Assembly: GCF_009914755.1 (NCBI RefSeq)
Contig: NC_060930.1
Origin: the human T2T-CHM13v2.0 reference genome, Homo sapiens
DNA: 64,000 nucleotides
Reading direction: 5' to 3' (one strand)
This document shows positions 12,251-26,785 of this stretch, piece after piece. Position numbers and translations under genes: made by a program. Under the pieces are notes generated by a model that made no database searches, was not told where the DNA came from, and saw only the letters and a program-made list of their open reading frames with translations. Every line of letters starts with the position of its first letter. Within the stretch, counting starts at the first letter, position 1.

Positions 12251-12525
12251 CCATTTTATGGACCGCTGGGTATCACTCTGATAATGCTTATTCTCAGCTC
12301 TTATTACTATATAAAGCTCATTACGCACATACTCGTTTTCATGTAAATCTTTTTTTTTGCAGTTATGCCATGTGATTATAAAAAATGCCTCCTCTAAGAA
12401 ATATTATCTAGTTATTATCTACTATTTACCAGTGCTTCATCCCAACACCTGTCATGATTTATGGGACTTCTATAGCTATGAAGATTAATCTTGTAACTTT
12501 CATGCCACATATCCCTAACTTTCAA

Positions 12526-12833
<308 letters not shown>

Positions 12834-13969
12834 TAACTTTTTCAACTTTAACAAACTTCACTTCCACAAAATTCTGCCTCCTGTGTTCATGTTTACGTGC
12901 CAGTCTTTGACACCATCCAGGATTTCATCGATTTTTGAAATTATAAACTATAGCACTCATAGAACTTCTTACATAGTGTAGAGGTTGCAATTTTCTAATT
13001 ACTCAATTAAATTACTATAAAATCTTAGAAAGGATGAAAATTCATAATGATACTAAAAACAAAGACTGGTGGAGGTAATCAAAGACACAGATGAAAGGAG
13101 AGGGAATGTATCATGAAGTTAAAACTGGAGTGAGAACACCCTACCCATACTTCCCAGTTAGCAAGCCTAGCTTTTATCTTATGAAGAAAATGCCAACTGC
13201 TAAAAGGCAAAAAGACACATTACACTTTTTCACATGTGAGCAGATAGAAGTAGAAATGAGTAGGCCTATTATTTCCAGAAGGATCTGTGTGTTTTAATTC
13301 TGAATACCATTAAAAATAGAAAACAGATATTTTATACCATTTTTCCTGTTTACAGCAGCATTTATGTCCAAAAGTTTGTCCTTCTTGAATCTTATATTCA
13401 TTGTCTTTAATGATGCAGAATGTTTTCCTTTTTGGCTGTACATGTACTCTGTTTTTCATTTTTGAGCATGTGGAAATCTAAGACTGTCTTCACCATAAAG
13501 AGAAGGTGCCTTTTTTTCATTCCTTTTACTATCTGTGCTGGAATTTTCCTCTACTCTTAACCACTTGAAGTACTAATTGATGTGTAAAGTGTCTAACCCC
13601 ATTTCTGGAATACAGCTTCTTGTGTATACTAAGTAAGCCTCTTTGTATGATATGGCACCTCCTTAACTTCTCCCTGGTATGAATAGATTGTTTTTTCCAT
13701 AAGAGTTTTAAGCAGTCTGAATTTGCTATTTTATGTTTTATAATGTGCTTACTAGAAGGAACAGTAAAATTACCACCCCTAACTACACTATTCAACTCCT
13801 GTAACTTTTACCATTTGACTTGAGTCTTCATCCACATGAAAGGACTGAGAATTGCAGTCCTAAAAAAGTTAATGAAAAGAATGGGGGTATGAACTTGCTC
13901 TAGCTATGCTAGAAATCACTTTTACACAGTCTCTGCTCTCCCCTCAGGCAGTCAGTGGTCCAGGTCTGT

Positions 13970-14180
13970 GAAGCAATAAGAGTATAACATAACGGTTAAT
14001 GGTACAGGCTTCTGAGTATGATTATTGTGCTATTGCATATGAGTCCTAATAGAACTAGTGACCTAATTACTTGATTTATGAACTTGCCTGAGTCTCTGAA
14101 TCCATTAGACCTTTTCATTGCCTAATGCATGAAATGTCTATGATAATATACATAAGAATATAAGATAGTGTATGTATTGC
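13970..14180 (+). mobile_element. Possible degraded MIR
   Basis: ataacggttaatggtacaggcttctgag resembles the MIR 5' end; weak. Confidence 0.35.
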
Positions 14181-14369
14181 ACTTTGGCCATTAGGCCAAG
14201 GATGTACACTTGACCTGTGGTGGGATTATAAGAATCTTCGAGAATATTAGACTTAGTTATCAATGACATGGTAGTTTTTCTCCACTGTGGCAAGAACTGT
14301 AACATGGAAACTATGGTATAATCGTACCATAATTTGTATGTAATGCATACAAAAATAAAATTAGAGAAA

Positions 14370-14602
14370 AGAGAGAAGATCTAGTGTTCAAAAAATCAGT
14401 AGAATGACTACAGTAAATAATAATCTATTATACATTTTAAAATAGCTTGTAGAGAATAATTTGAGTGTTTTCACTGTAAAGATAAATGTGTAAGGTGGTG
14501 GATATTCCCAACTACCCTGTTTATTACACATTATATAAATGTATCAAAATATCACATGAATTCCCCAAATTTGCACAATAACTATTATATATCAATACAA
14601 AA
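14370..14602 (+). mobile_element. L1MA 3'UTR fragment
   Basis: gatctagtgtt...gactacagtaaataataatctatt...gtatcaaaatatcacatg. Confidence 0.8.
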
Positions 14603-14631
14603 GAATAGGTTAAGATAGTTGATGATGACAG

Positions 14632-14818
14632 ATCTCAAAATAGTGATAACCTCTGGGGAAGTACTAACTGGGAATGAGCACAAGGTAACATTCTTGAGTT
14701 CTAGAAATGTTCTGTGCCTTAACTTGTAGTTGTTTCATGGGTTTGTGTATGTGTGCAAATAAAATGACATTGAGTTGTACACTTGATATAAACTATATTA
14801 TTTTTATCTACTTAAAAA
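14632..14818 (+). mobile_element. L1ME/MC 3'UTR fragment
   Basis: aatagtgataacctctgggg...gaaatgttctgtgcctt...ttgagttgtacactt. Confidence 0.65.
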
Positions 14819-15234
14819 GAGGATAATCAGATGTGCAGAGCGAAGACAACATAAGAGACTGAAAAAGCATCTCGACAGTTTTCTAGGTCCTGGCTCCAGT
14901 CACCCTGTGATCCCTGGCAGATCTCCATCTTTGGGTTCTGTGAGATAGATGTGTTTTTTAATGACAAATTTATCCTAGTTCTATTACAATTATATGTGGA
15001 AAACTAGCTCCAATTTGCTTCTATCCCTTGAGAACAATCCATGGTAACTAACACATCTATCTTTTTTGTGCATCTGAGTTCTAGACACACAATTCTTTTT
15101 ATATTACCCTGTGTTCTTGTATTCCTCTGAATATTTGCTTGCAATGCAAAATGAACAACCAAAGAGTACTATCTAATGCTCTTTATTCATTTATATACTC
15201 ATTGAAATTGTATTTCCTTTGTTGTTTAGATGAA

Positions 15235-15497
15235 CTAGCTCACTCATGAAGTCTTCCTCACCCAGGAAGTTTTCCCTAGTTCCTCAGTTGAATTAACTGC
15301 CCTTCCGCTATGTACCCATGGACGTATGTACCTACTCTGTGGAAGTTATTTAATTTTGTGTCACATTGTAATTACTTAGACTTGCTAGTTTCTGACTCCT
15401 TGAAGGACAGGACCATTTATTTTTATTTGATGTTCCCTTTGAACCTAATACATTTGCATATAATATGTATTCAATAAAACATATATGCGAATGGTTA
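15235..15497 (+). mobile_element. L2 3' end
   Basis: ccaggaagttttccct...ctccttgaaggacaggacc...tcaataaa. Confidence 0.7.
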
Positions 15498-17184
15498 TAT
15501 AAGAAAATCCATTGGCACAACCCTTTAATCATCACTTTCATCACATCTAGTAAGAGTTAGTTGAAGCCTAACTATCTTTTGTGTGTGTGCGTGTGTGTGT
15601 GCACACAATAGTATATCACAGAAGAGCAAGTAAATATCTGTAGTTGAGTGATGAGGAAAAAAGCAAGTTAAAAATCAAAGCAGCAAGTTTCATTCAAGCA
15701 ACTGTAAGTGGTATTCCAGGAACATAAAGCATAAAGTTTGATGAGGGTAGTAATGATAGATGAGGAGGGCAAAATAGCCATGAGCCAGGTAAAAGGGGGC
15801 CTTTTATAACGCAGTAAAGAGAAAACAAATTGCCAAATTTATGGAATGTAAATTAAGTCATTTGCAGGTATATTTACTTTTCCAGGTTACTGAAAGAACA
15901 TTGAGTGAATGTGGCTGTAATTTTAAAGATAATGCCTTAATGGCCAGAAAGACTAATTTGGTTCTGTGGCATCTAGATAAGGTGATCTACTTTTAGTAGC
16001 ACAGATTGATTCAAAATTAAAGAGGCTTTTAAACACTCTGAATTAATTGCTTTAATTTTTTATGTCTGAGTATAGATGTGCTATATCCACTGTTGAATTT
16101 CAGTCCCTGGTCATCATCCTCTGGGCAGGAACCCTAAGTTCAAAGGTACTCAACTGGACAGAAAGAACTATTTTTCGTGTAATGCATAATTATGATAATT
16201 ATGTAAATGTATGCGTTCCTAAAAGTTTAGTAAGCTGCAAAATAAGACAGGATTATGCAATGGCAAGTTTATTTACTTGTCTTTCTACTTTATTAATCTT
16301 TCTTATCTAAATGAAAATATACAGAGAAAACTGCTGCTCCTTGTTTCTCCTCAAAGTTGTGTTGAAAGCAAACTTTTCATTAGAAATGCTGAAGTTATTT
16401 TATTTCTCATTGAGGATAATGAATACAGAACTTAAACGGTTACTGCATAGTGTAAAATAAGAATAACTTAGCATAATATAAAGTTTTGTCATTTTTATGA
16501 CTTCTGGGCCATTGATATTAAGATATTACTGCTGAAACAGTGACTCTGCCTTGGAGCTAAAGGACCTGGGTTCATGACTGAAGAGGTTGGAAGGTCAGAA
16601 TAGTCTATTATATATAGTTTTTTTCCTGTTTACTTCTCAGGAAACTTTTTAAACTTTAAATGGTCTGTCAAACATGTATATTTTGTGATCATCACATTTA
16701 AAATGTGTAAGATAATACATCCGTAGAGTACATTTTATAGTTGATCCCTAAAGTAAATTTTACATATCAACTAATAGTATGACAAATAATACAGACAACT
16801 ATATAGGTATCTGTAAATATATGCATATTTATAAAATATTTATAAATTCATAAAAATTATATATATACACATTCCAGACAGAAACCCATGAAAATTCTGA
16901 GATTTTAGTATTTTGAATACATCTATAGTATCATCAATATCACTATATTTTATGAACTTTTTCTATTTTCTATATCGTGAATTAAAAAATAGTGTTATTT
17001 CTCATTTTGACTTAGCTTGTCAAGCAAGAGGTAAGATTCAGCTGTTTTATAAAACCAGGTACACATTAATTAATGAAATTTGAAATTTATTTCTATACAT
17101 TCTTAAATAAAGATTGCATGTATGCCAAAAGTGTTGCCTACATTTGTATGTGTATTTGTGTGTTTGGGGGCTTTTTCTTTTTTT

Positions 17185-17480
17185 TTTGCAGGTGGTAGAA
17201 AACTGACTCAAAATAGCTTAAGAAAAAAATGAGACTGCATAGGCTAAGGGCAGGGATACAGGTGTGATGCATGGATGTCTGGACCCAGAGATTTTAGTGC
17301 CTTCTGGGAGCTCTGTGGTTAATATTTTATTTTATGTGAGTGTTGAAGTCATTTTTCATTACTGCCAAGGATTTCCTTTACTTGGCATGAAGCAAAACCT
17401 GCCAAAATGTCAGATACTCAAACATCAGAATGCTCACTGTCTGATAGAAACATGGTGTCTCTGGTCCAAGTTAAAAGTTT
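17185..17480 (-). mobile_element. Old MLT1 (J/K-like) LTR fragment
   Basis: ttgcaggtggtagaaaactgactcaaaatagcttaag. Confidence 0.45.
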
Positions 17481-17494
17481 ATCTTGGAAAGGGA

Positions 17495-20415
17495 AATCAT
17501 CAGAGTTGAGTAAGGAAAGCATAAGCTACCTAGGCAATCAATATAGAAAGAAGTTTAATTTAGGAAGGTAGAGGTTTATAAAACCTTTGCAATTCAGGAA
17601 AAAAATTAGAAAACCGAATTTTAGGAAATTTAGAAGAGCCAGAATCATAGAAAATCTATTACCTGTGATTTCTGCTTCCTGTAAGCACTTAATTGGATTC
17701 TTCTCAGAAAGATGTCCAGAAATTGCTGGCAAAAATCTATGTCTGCTCTCTCTCAATACCAATGCACCTACATGTGGCTGTCTCCAGGTAATAACAATGC
17801 ATCTTTGCCTTCTACTCTCCGAATAATTTGCAAATATCCCTCTTTGTCAAAATACAACTGAGGTTCCACTGGCAAGGGGATTTAGAAATTGCAGTTTTCA
17901 GGTTTTGTGCCCCTGTAATACAGAAAATTTAGAATGGTGGGGCATTATTGAATATCAGCAAACAATCTCAAGCACAAGCCTTATCTTTCAATATTCGGCA
18001 TCTAAAAACACAGTTCCTATAATATTTTCAACTAAAATATATTAGTGATAACAAGATGTAAATACTCCTTGTATAGAAAAAGATAAATTCCACCTTCTTC
18101 CCAAAGTGTGGAGACACAATGCCTTTTGTTCTCCCTGATTAATTCCTGGATGATTTTGACTTCTTATTCAGTCACAATCACTCTTTGGTCTCATGTAAAT
18201 TGATGACAATTTATTAACCATAACCAGTTTATGTTAAAATAAATATGAAAGGAAGGTGAGAGTGAAAATAAAATCAATTAATGTATTTAGAAATAATCTA
18301 TATGACAAGTTACAGAATAAAATATATGCATAGTTTTTCATTACTGTATTAGTCCATTCTCATGCTGCTGTAAAGAACTGCCCAAGACGGGGTAATTTGT
18401 AAAGGAAAGCTGTTTAATTGACTTACCCTTCCACATTGTTGGAGAGACCTCAAGAAACCTACAATCATGGCAGAAGGCAAAAGAGAAACAGGCACCTTCT
18501 TCACAGGGCAGCAGGACAGAGTGAATACAAGCAGGGGAAATGCCACATGCTTATAAAACCATCCTATCTCATGAGACTCACTCACTATCACGAGAACAGC
18601 CCAGGGGAAACTACCCCCAAGATTCAATTACCTCCACCTGGTCCCTCCCTTGACATGTGGGGATTATGGGGATTACAATTCAAGATGAGATTTTGGGTGG
18701 GGACACAGCCAAACATATCACTCCTGTTTCTGAAATGAGGCATAAGACTATAGTTGGCATTTATAATATCCTTCCTCTAATAAACATTTCTTCTTCCCTT
18801 TGCCCTTAGCTAGAAACTAAGCTGGTTGTGGTGGTTTATCTTGATAAGGTAACTCAAAATTCATTTGTAAAATATCTGATCAACTAGAAGTCTTTCTTCT
18901 ACATCACACTGAAGAAATTCTGGTATATCAGCTTACTTTAATAATGTACCACTGGCAATACATTAACCAACCAAGCAAATTGTGAATGCTATTCTCAGCT
19001 GCTCAAGCATATCTATTACATTCGGACTCTCTAGGAAATGTTCTTTCTCATAACTAATAAATTTGTAAAGGAATTTCTTTTACCTTGATCTAATACCTTT
19101 AAAATCTGTCTCTTCCCAAGGTTTATGTAAATAGATATTGAAAAATCTTTCAATTTATGCACCTCCTCCTGGGACATACTTAAACTTGCCCTCTTGAGTT
19201 GGCTAGAATTTGACTCTATAGTTAAAAGGAATTAGCTTCCTTATGAGGCAGTTCACTCAGATGAGATAATTATAGGGTCCTCAGAAGGTGAAGTCAGTGA
19301 AAGAAAGCATACTTATTATGTCAGGGCAGTCTCAGTAAGATTTTAGACTGTAAAGTGTTCATATTAATGAGAATCTGATCAACTGTTTTAATTTCAACAC
19401 TGAGGGAACCATTCTTTCTTAATTAATGTCTCAACATTAATGATACATGCTTAATGAGGCTGTGAATTTAGCCTACGTTGTAATTCAGCAACTCACAGGA
19501 TCAACTTTTGTGTCTGGTTTTCAGAAACACTTGCCTGCTACTACATGAGGAAAGTGATTATTTCAGGGCAGTCTTAGGAACTCTCTGGTTGTCAGGCCAT
19601 ACCTTCACCTGAGAACTTCAGCTCTAGACTTAAATTTCTTCTACAAACTTTCCATTACAGTGTGACTCAGCAATCCTGTATCTACAATCCTTATTTTCAT
19701 TATTTCCATCATAATGTTCTATTGCAGCAGTCTTTCAACACCATTTTAATTACCAGTTTATATCAAACAATGGCCAGTCTAAATTTAAACTTTTGTTTTT
19801 GCCACCACATACCAATGTTTCACATCTACTGATAATGAGGTCATTGCTACTTTCAAATATAACTAGGTCAGATAACTAGCCCCAGATTCTTATATCTATA
19901 GTTGTTTCTTTCAAATAATTTCTGGTAGCAAGTGTTGATTGGGTTGGGTTCAGTTTTGAAACTAAAGTCATTTTAGTTATATAGAATGAAATGATGTTTA
20001 GTACAGGGTGTAAGAAGCTTCTAGACAGTTTGTAGCCTGGGAAGCAAATGTGAGGAAGACCATTTAAAAAAAATTTGGTTGTTTTTAGGTAATAGAAAAA
20101 TTGTCAGCAATGGTCATAGCTTCCATCAACAATGATGCTATTACTTCTCAAGAGACACCCAAAACCTTCAAAAGAAAGAAAGAAAAAAAAGAACACTATC
20201 CATTTCTGTTTATTGCTGCCAATTTTTTTTTTTGGTCTTCTATCTTCCACAAATAGTCCTAGTGCTTCTCCTGGTGAAATATATCGGGACTCTAGTCACA
20301 GGAGAGTCTAGGAAAGTGTAGCTTCAAGCTTTTACATTCTTGTGAGCCAAAGATGATCTATGAAAGATGAAGATAGTACTGAGTATTAACAAGCAATATG
20401 CAGAGTATCAGAAAT
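17495..20415 (-). mobile_element. Possible ancient ERVL-class provirus remnant: LTR-like segments at about 17495-17975 and 19932-20415 flanking degraded internal sequence
   Basis: The two segments share layout (cagagttgag.../gggttcag... starts; ggggatttagaaattgcagttttcag / ggagagtctaggaaagtgtagcttcaag); gctggttgtggtggtttatcttgataaggtaactcaaaattcatt resembles ERVL-int. Confidence 0.4.
18345..18720 (-). mobile_element. THE1 (THE1D-like) solo LTR
   Basis: tgtattagtccattctcatgctgct...aagaactgccc...gggacacagccaaacatatca. Confidence 0.93.
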
Positions 20416-20429
20416 GTTCTGTTTTTCCT

Positions 20430-21130
20430 TGTACCTATAAAAATAACATAGAAGACATCATTATTGATAGAACATTGAAAGCCTTAGCTCTAAGTTCAAC
20501 AACAACAAAAAGATGCAAGCAATCATCATGCCCATTCATCATTTTACTAAGTTCTAGCTAGAAAACAAAGCAAGAAAAAATATCAATTTTTTGCCTACAA
20601 AAAAGGAAAGGAAGAAACTTATGCATGCTTTAATAGACTATATGTGTCTGTAAATAATACAAAATAATTTATAGTTAAATGCTTAAAATTCTTTTAGTGC
20701 TTAGCAAGGTAGAGGATACAAAACAAATATACAAGAATCAATAACATTTTCTTAAATTCACAAGAAAGTAGCTTAAGATATTGAAGATACTATTTATAAG
20801 ACTATCAAACTACAAAGTAGATAGGAAAAAATCTAGCAAAATATTTAAGATATTTTTGAAAACTTTAGGGCATTATTGAAAGATATTACAGGATATCTAT
20901 GCAAATTATGCATGACTTAAAACTATGATTATATATATATTTGGATTTGTGTCTAATATTTTATTTACAATTTTTGTATTGATATCTAAAAGTGAGATTT
21001 GTTTTAGATGTTGGCATCAATGTCTTGAGATTCATAAAATTAAGTCCTCTTTTTTTCTATATTCTCTAACAATTTAAATGGAACTAGAATCTATTTCTTC
21101 AAATTTCTCAGAAAAATTCTTTTTAAACCA
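20430..21130. mobile_element. Highly degraded old L1 fragments in both orientations
   Basis: A-rich ORF2-like motifs (ttagcaaggtagaggatacaaaa) followed by T-rich reverse motifs. Confidence 0.5.
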
Positions 21131-21144
21131 TGGAATGCTAGCAA

Positions 21145-21295
21145 ATGTAAAGGCAAACTCAAACACCTGCAGGGGTTAGACAAAGAATCAACATGCACCT
21201 TAATTTGAGATTAAAGAAGTATTTTCAGCATAACATAGGCCAACTTAAAGGTGTATGGGCTTGATGTAGCCTATGGGCAGCCACTGTAGAACCCT
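21145..21295 (-). mobile_element. Degraded hAT MITE (MER102-like)
   Basis: ggcaaactcaaacacctgcagggg is the reverse of the terminus seen near 1590. Confidence 0.4.
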
Positions 21296-21307
21296 ATACA
21301 ATAAGCC

Positions 21308-21358
21308 TTTTTTTAAAAAAATTATTTTACCTTAAGTTCTGTGATACATGTGCAGAAC
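21308..21358 (-). mobile_element. About 50-bp L1PA 3' terminus
   Basis: attttaccttaagttctgtgatacatgtgcagaac. Confidence 0.7.
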
Positions 21359-21369
21359 AAAGAAGAGTT

Positions 21370-21870
21370 TTATGTAACACACAAAATGGACAGAGGCTTA
21401 GTATCCAAAAATTATGAAAACTATTACAAATCCATAAGAAAAAATATAAAGTATAATAGAAAATCAGGCAAAAGAGATGAACAGGCACTATCCAAAATAA
21501 GATATCCAATGGCTAAATGTAAGAAAAAAATTTAGTACTATTAACAAGGTGAATACAAACAAAATAAAAATGAACTGCCATTATACAAACTCCAGATTTT
21601 TTTTTTTGTAAAACAACAATAAACCTAACATTAGCAAGAGTTGACAAATACGTAAAGCAAGTTGAATACAAATATACTGCTGAGTGGAGTGTAAATAGGA
21701 ACCACCACTTTGGAAAAAGCGTGTGCTTTTACTTTCTAGAGTTGAAGAAGCACGTGCACTATAATCCAAAGACTGCATTTCAGTTAAAGTACCCTGGAGA
21801 ACTCTCATACCTATGCAGAAAGACACAGGTAAGATGTTGAGAGCTATGCTGTGATGTTTTAGTTCCCACA
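21370..21870 (+). mobile_element. Old L1ME ORF2 3' fragment
   Basis: gcttagtatccaaaat...gagtggagtgtaaat...accactttggaaaa. Confidence 0.6.
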
Positions 21871-23265
21871 TATATTTTATAAGTATTATTTTTATCTACT
21901 CAGTATCTCATAAAAATATTCTTTAAAAATTCTTGGGGGCTATCTTTCGTTGTGCTTTCTTCAGATCAGTGATAGTGGTTAGAAAATAAGATGAGTTTTA
22001 TTCACATCAAGATTGGAAGGAACACTTTCCAGACTAGTGAGTGTTGTTCTAAAGCATACGATTAAGGCAGAAAAAAAAAAGAATAGAAATGAAACTACCC
22101 TTACTTTACAATGAAATGGTAAAAGTTAGAAGTGAGTGCAGAAGAAAGAATCGTGGAAACATAAAATAGTCCATAAATGAGGAATATCAATATGCATATG
22201 ATAATGATCCACACCAAGTATGTCAAACTGTGGTATTAATTCTATACCACACCAGCTATGTAATTAATTTGTATACCTGACTGAAACTCTTGAGAAGGAT
22301 ATTGAGATGTGTAGTTCCTCAGCACAATAGATGCTGTTGAATTCTTAATATAGTCTATGGATTCAGTAGGATAGAATGATGGCAAAAGTGCTTCACAAAT
22401 TTGTCTGTATATTGTTTATATACTTGCTTAAAATTATCCAAAATTTTTACAAAAGCATCCTCTAAGCCACTTTAAATTGAAAAACTACATAATTGCACAA
22501 TTTACAGAATTCATGAAAGTAATTCAATTACTGAGGAATAATACAACAGTTCTAAGGCAACCATTCTCTTGAAATCCTGATAGGTATATACAATTTGATG
22601 TATTGTACTATGGCTTTTAAGATAATAGATGCAACAGGGAGTTGCACAGGGTTCTACCTTACATTGATACTCAATATAGGCTGAAGGCATTAGACCAAGA
22701 GCAAATCAATAAAAGTGATTTTTGCCTGCAAACAATACCATAGGTTCAGGTACCCATCTCTCTGTTGATTTATAGTTCGAATCAGAAATAAAATTATGTT
22801 TTATTAATAGTATTCACTAAATATTGCTTTTCTCACTTTACAGTTTTAAGAATTTGAAATGTATTTTATGAATACAAAGAATTTATCTCAGACACTTGAA
22901 AAGGGGTGGGGGTTAGGTTTATATACCCTTGAAAGTTGAGGAGTTGCTGGTCTTTTACCTTAACATGGAAGTAAATTGGTAGTCTAAATGCAAGTTGGGA
23001 CAAAATTATTCTTAAACGTTGATTTTGTTGTGCTCCAGTGTACAGATGTATGAGTAATGGAGCCCCTAGAAATCAACTTAATGTAGGATTACACACTATG
23101 ATTTTTTCCTTTAAAAATGTGACTGACTTTGCTTATCGTCATCAAATAAGCATTTTCTTTAAAGAAACAAGACAGGTGGGGGCCTGTGAAGTATTTTCCT
23201 ATTTATCAAACTCCTATACCTTTCTTAGACTTTTACTTATCTTTTAAAATTATTATTATAAATAT

Positions 23266-26200
23266 ACTTTATTTTTGGAACAGTTTTAGATAAACAGAAA
23301 ATTCAGCAAACAATACAGAGTTTCTATATATACCCCCACATATAGTTTCGCCGTATTAACGTCTTACGTTACCATGGTGCATTTGGTACAATTAATGAAT
23401 TAATATGAGCGCATTATTTTCAACTAAAGTTCATGATTCATTCAGATTTCCTTAGTTTTGATGTTCTGTCCTTTTTCTGCTAAGGGGTTCTATCCATGAT
23501 ACCACGATGCAGTTAATAATTATGGCTCCTTAGATTCCTCTTGGTTGTGACAGTTTCTTTGTTTTTGGTGACTTAACAGATTTGAGAATTACTGATCAAG
23601 TTTATTACAGGAGTGAAATTTGTCTGATGCTTATTCTCATTGTTAAACTGATGTCATGGGCTTTTGAGATTACCAAGGTAAGGTGCCATTTTCAAACATT
23701 ATACATGACTTCTAATGTTGACCACACTGTACCTTTTCTAAGGAAGACACTACATACAACCTATACTTAAGAAGTGATGAATTATGCCCCTCTTTTAAGG
23801 GTGGAGTATCTAAATAATTAATTTGAGGTTTTTCTGCATGGGATATTTGCCTCTTCTCCCTCATTTATTAATATAGTGAGTCAGTCATTGATATTAGCAT
23901 GGACTCATGAACATTTATTTTATACTTTGGGTTCTAATTTAATGCTGTTTTATTTTGTTGCTCAATTTTTTTCAGCTTCCATTTGAGCTTTTTCAGTTGA
24001 ATTCTATACTACTTTGATAAGCCCTCATCACTTTTCTAAGGCTCACTACCTTCTGGAATGAAATGATGCTCCAGGCTCATCTTGTGTATTCCTTGTCCCA
24101 ATCTCAGAATCAGCTATTTCTCCAAAGAGCCACGATTGTTTTCATTAGAGAATAATATTAGAAACCAAGATTTGGGAGCTAGATGTGCTCCTTATTACTG
24201 GGTGTCATTTCTTTTATGCCCACTTATCTGCCAGAGCAAAAATGTGAATATACTAATATACTAACCCTTGTATACACACAGAGAGATATATGTGTGTATA
24301 AATATATTTATATAGCCATTTGTATCTATAATAAATAAAACATTAAATCTCATTGATGTCCGAAACTTTAATTCATTACCACATGAATCATTCTAGCCTC
24401 CTCTGTTTGCTTACCTGTATAGTTCCATTTCAACAGTGAGAAACCTGGTTCCTACCATCTGCTGATCATTTACTTGTTTAATTACACTATAAATTTATAG
24501 AAGCATCAGAATTGTTATGCCAAACTCCCATAAGAAATAATTTTATCAACTAGAATACTGTGCTTATGTGCAATTCCTTTTACTTTTAGTCTATAGATTC
24601 CATTAATTTCAAAGTTACTTAGGTTATTATCTTATTCCTTATCCCCTTCAGTGAGGTTTTTAAATACATTTTTAATATAGTTAGACTCTCTTGTCACAAT
24701 CTGCATATTTTTCCTTAGAGCGCTCATCTTCCTAAATGAACATAAAAATACACTTTGTGCTATAAACGTCTATAGGTTTTGACAGATGCAAAATGTCATG
24801 TATTCACCATATCAGTATTATACAGAATGTTTCACTGCCCTAAAAATTCTGTGTATTCACTTCCCCTATCATCCTGAAAACCTGGCAAATGATTATATTT
24901 TTGCTCTTTCTAGAAATTTGCCTTTTTCAGGATGTCATATAATTGTAATCATAAAGGATATTGTCTCCTCAGACTGATTTCTGTCACTTAGCAATGTGCT
25001 TTCAGGATTTCTCTATGTCTTTTTTGTGGCTTCATAGCTCATCTTATCACTAAATAATATTTCATTGTGTAAATATACCACAGTTGTTTATCCAGTCACC
25101 TATTTAAGGACACCTTAGTTGCTTTCAGTTTTTGGTGATTATGAACAAGGAGTTATAAACAATTTCTGGAGGTTTTGTGTAGATATAATTTTTCAACTCA
25201 GGTAAATTCCTAGAAGAGTGATTATTGGATCATATGGTAGGACTATGTCTAGCTTATGCCAAACTATCTTCCAAAGTGGCTGTATCATTTTAATTCCTAC
25301 CAGCAATGAGTGAGATTCCTGTTGCTCCACATCCTCATCATATCTAAGTGTAGTTTTGATGTTTGTTTGTCCCAGTGGATTGTGTTTCATGGTGTCTTTC
25401 AGTATGCTTTGTAATTTTTTGTTGAAAGATGAGCATAATGTAACATGCCTTGGAAGGTGAACAAACCTTTAGTGTGAGGATTTAAATTAATCGGCTAGGC
25501 ACTGTGCTGAGTGATTGTTTGCTGTAGCTGTAGATGACAGAAGCTTTGGGTTTTTCAGATGTCCTGTCTTTTTTTTTTTTTTTTAACACTTTTTAGTTTT
25601 CTTAAGTAGTCTTTCTTAAACAGTCTATGTTTTGTATCTCTATCAACTATAATCCACTGCTTTTATAGAGGAACTTTGTTGATGTAGTGGCAAGATATAG
25701 GGTAAAGGAACATTCTATAACATTATAATTAAATCTCAGTCTTTTGATGAGCCTGAGCTCCTGGGCTCTGACTTTCAGAAGTATTTTGTAGTGTGTCCCC
25801 ATCCCATCAGGTGAGTCAAGGAGGCTAGAAGGACCTGGATTTGGCTGATTGCCCTTTCCTTAAGTTGTATAAGGCTCTGGTGGAGTTATTTCTTTTCAAC
25901 AGCAGGACTGTTTTGGGGGATGTTCTGGGAAATTTTGAAATGGTTACATTACTCTTTCTTCTGCTGGAAACAGGAGGATATTTTTCTCAGATCCTTACCG
26001 TGATAACCTGTTTCCTAGAGGTAAAACTCATGAATGCATTGCATCCCCTTTAAGGACTGAGCCCCTACGAGTTTCTTGCTCTCAAGCTCCTCATTTCTTA
26101 ACCTCCAGCAATTCACTAACATTGCCATTTCAGTGTTCCTACCTGTCAATTATTCTATGGGCTTCTGCTTCAAGTTAAGTTGATCTTGACTCTAATTTTC

Positions 26201-26338
26201 TATATTTGCCTATCTCTTCAGATTTTGGGGTGGCACTTTTCCCTGTTATTTCAATTCTCTGATCTGATGGGTTTAATAAAAGTCATTGATTTTCAGTTTG
26301 TTCAACCTTTTTTTTTGTTGGAACTGAAACCAGAAGTC
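23266..26338 (-). mobile_element. L1MC/MD element: long 3'UTR and ORF2 end joined at about 25345 to the 5'UTR
   Basis: 3'UTR ttttggaacagttttagataaacagaaaa...; ORF 25193-25390 (QPLWK...LPYDPIITLLGIY); 5' terminus gacttctggtttcagttcc on the minus strand. Confidence 0.75.
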
Positions 26339-26422
26339 TTCTGCTTAATTTCCTTTGATAGCATCATGTCACAATGCCACTTCTAGCTATACATACTGTC
26401 AAAATTAGAGATTTGTTAGTAA

Positions 26423-26785
<363 letters not shown>

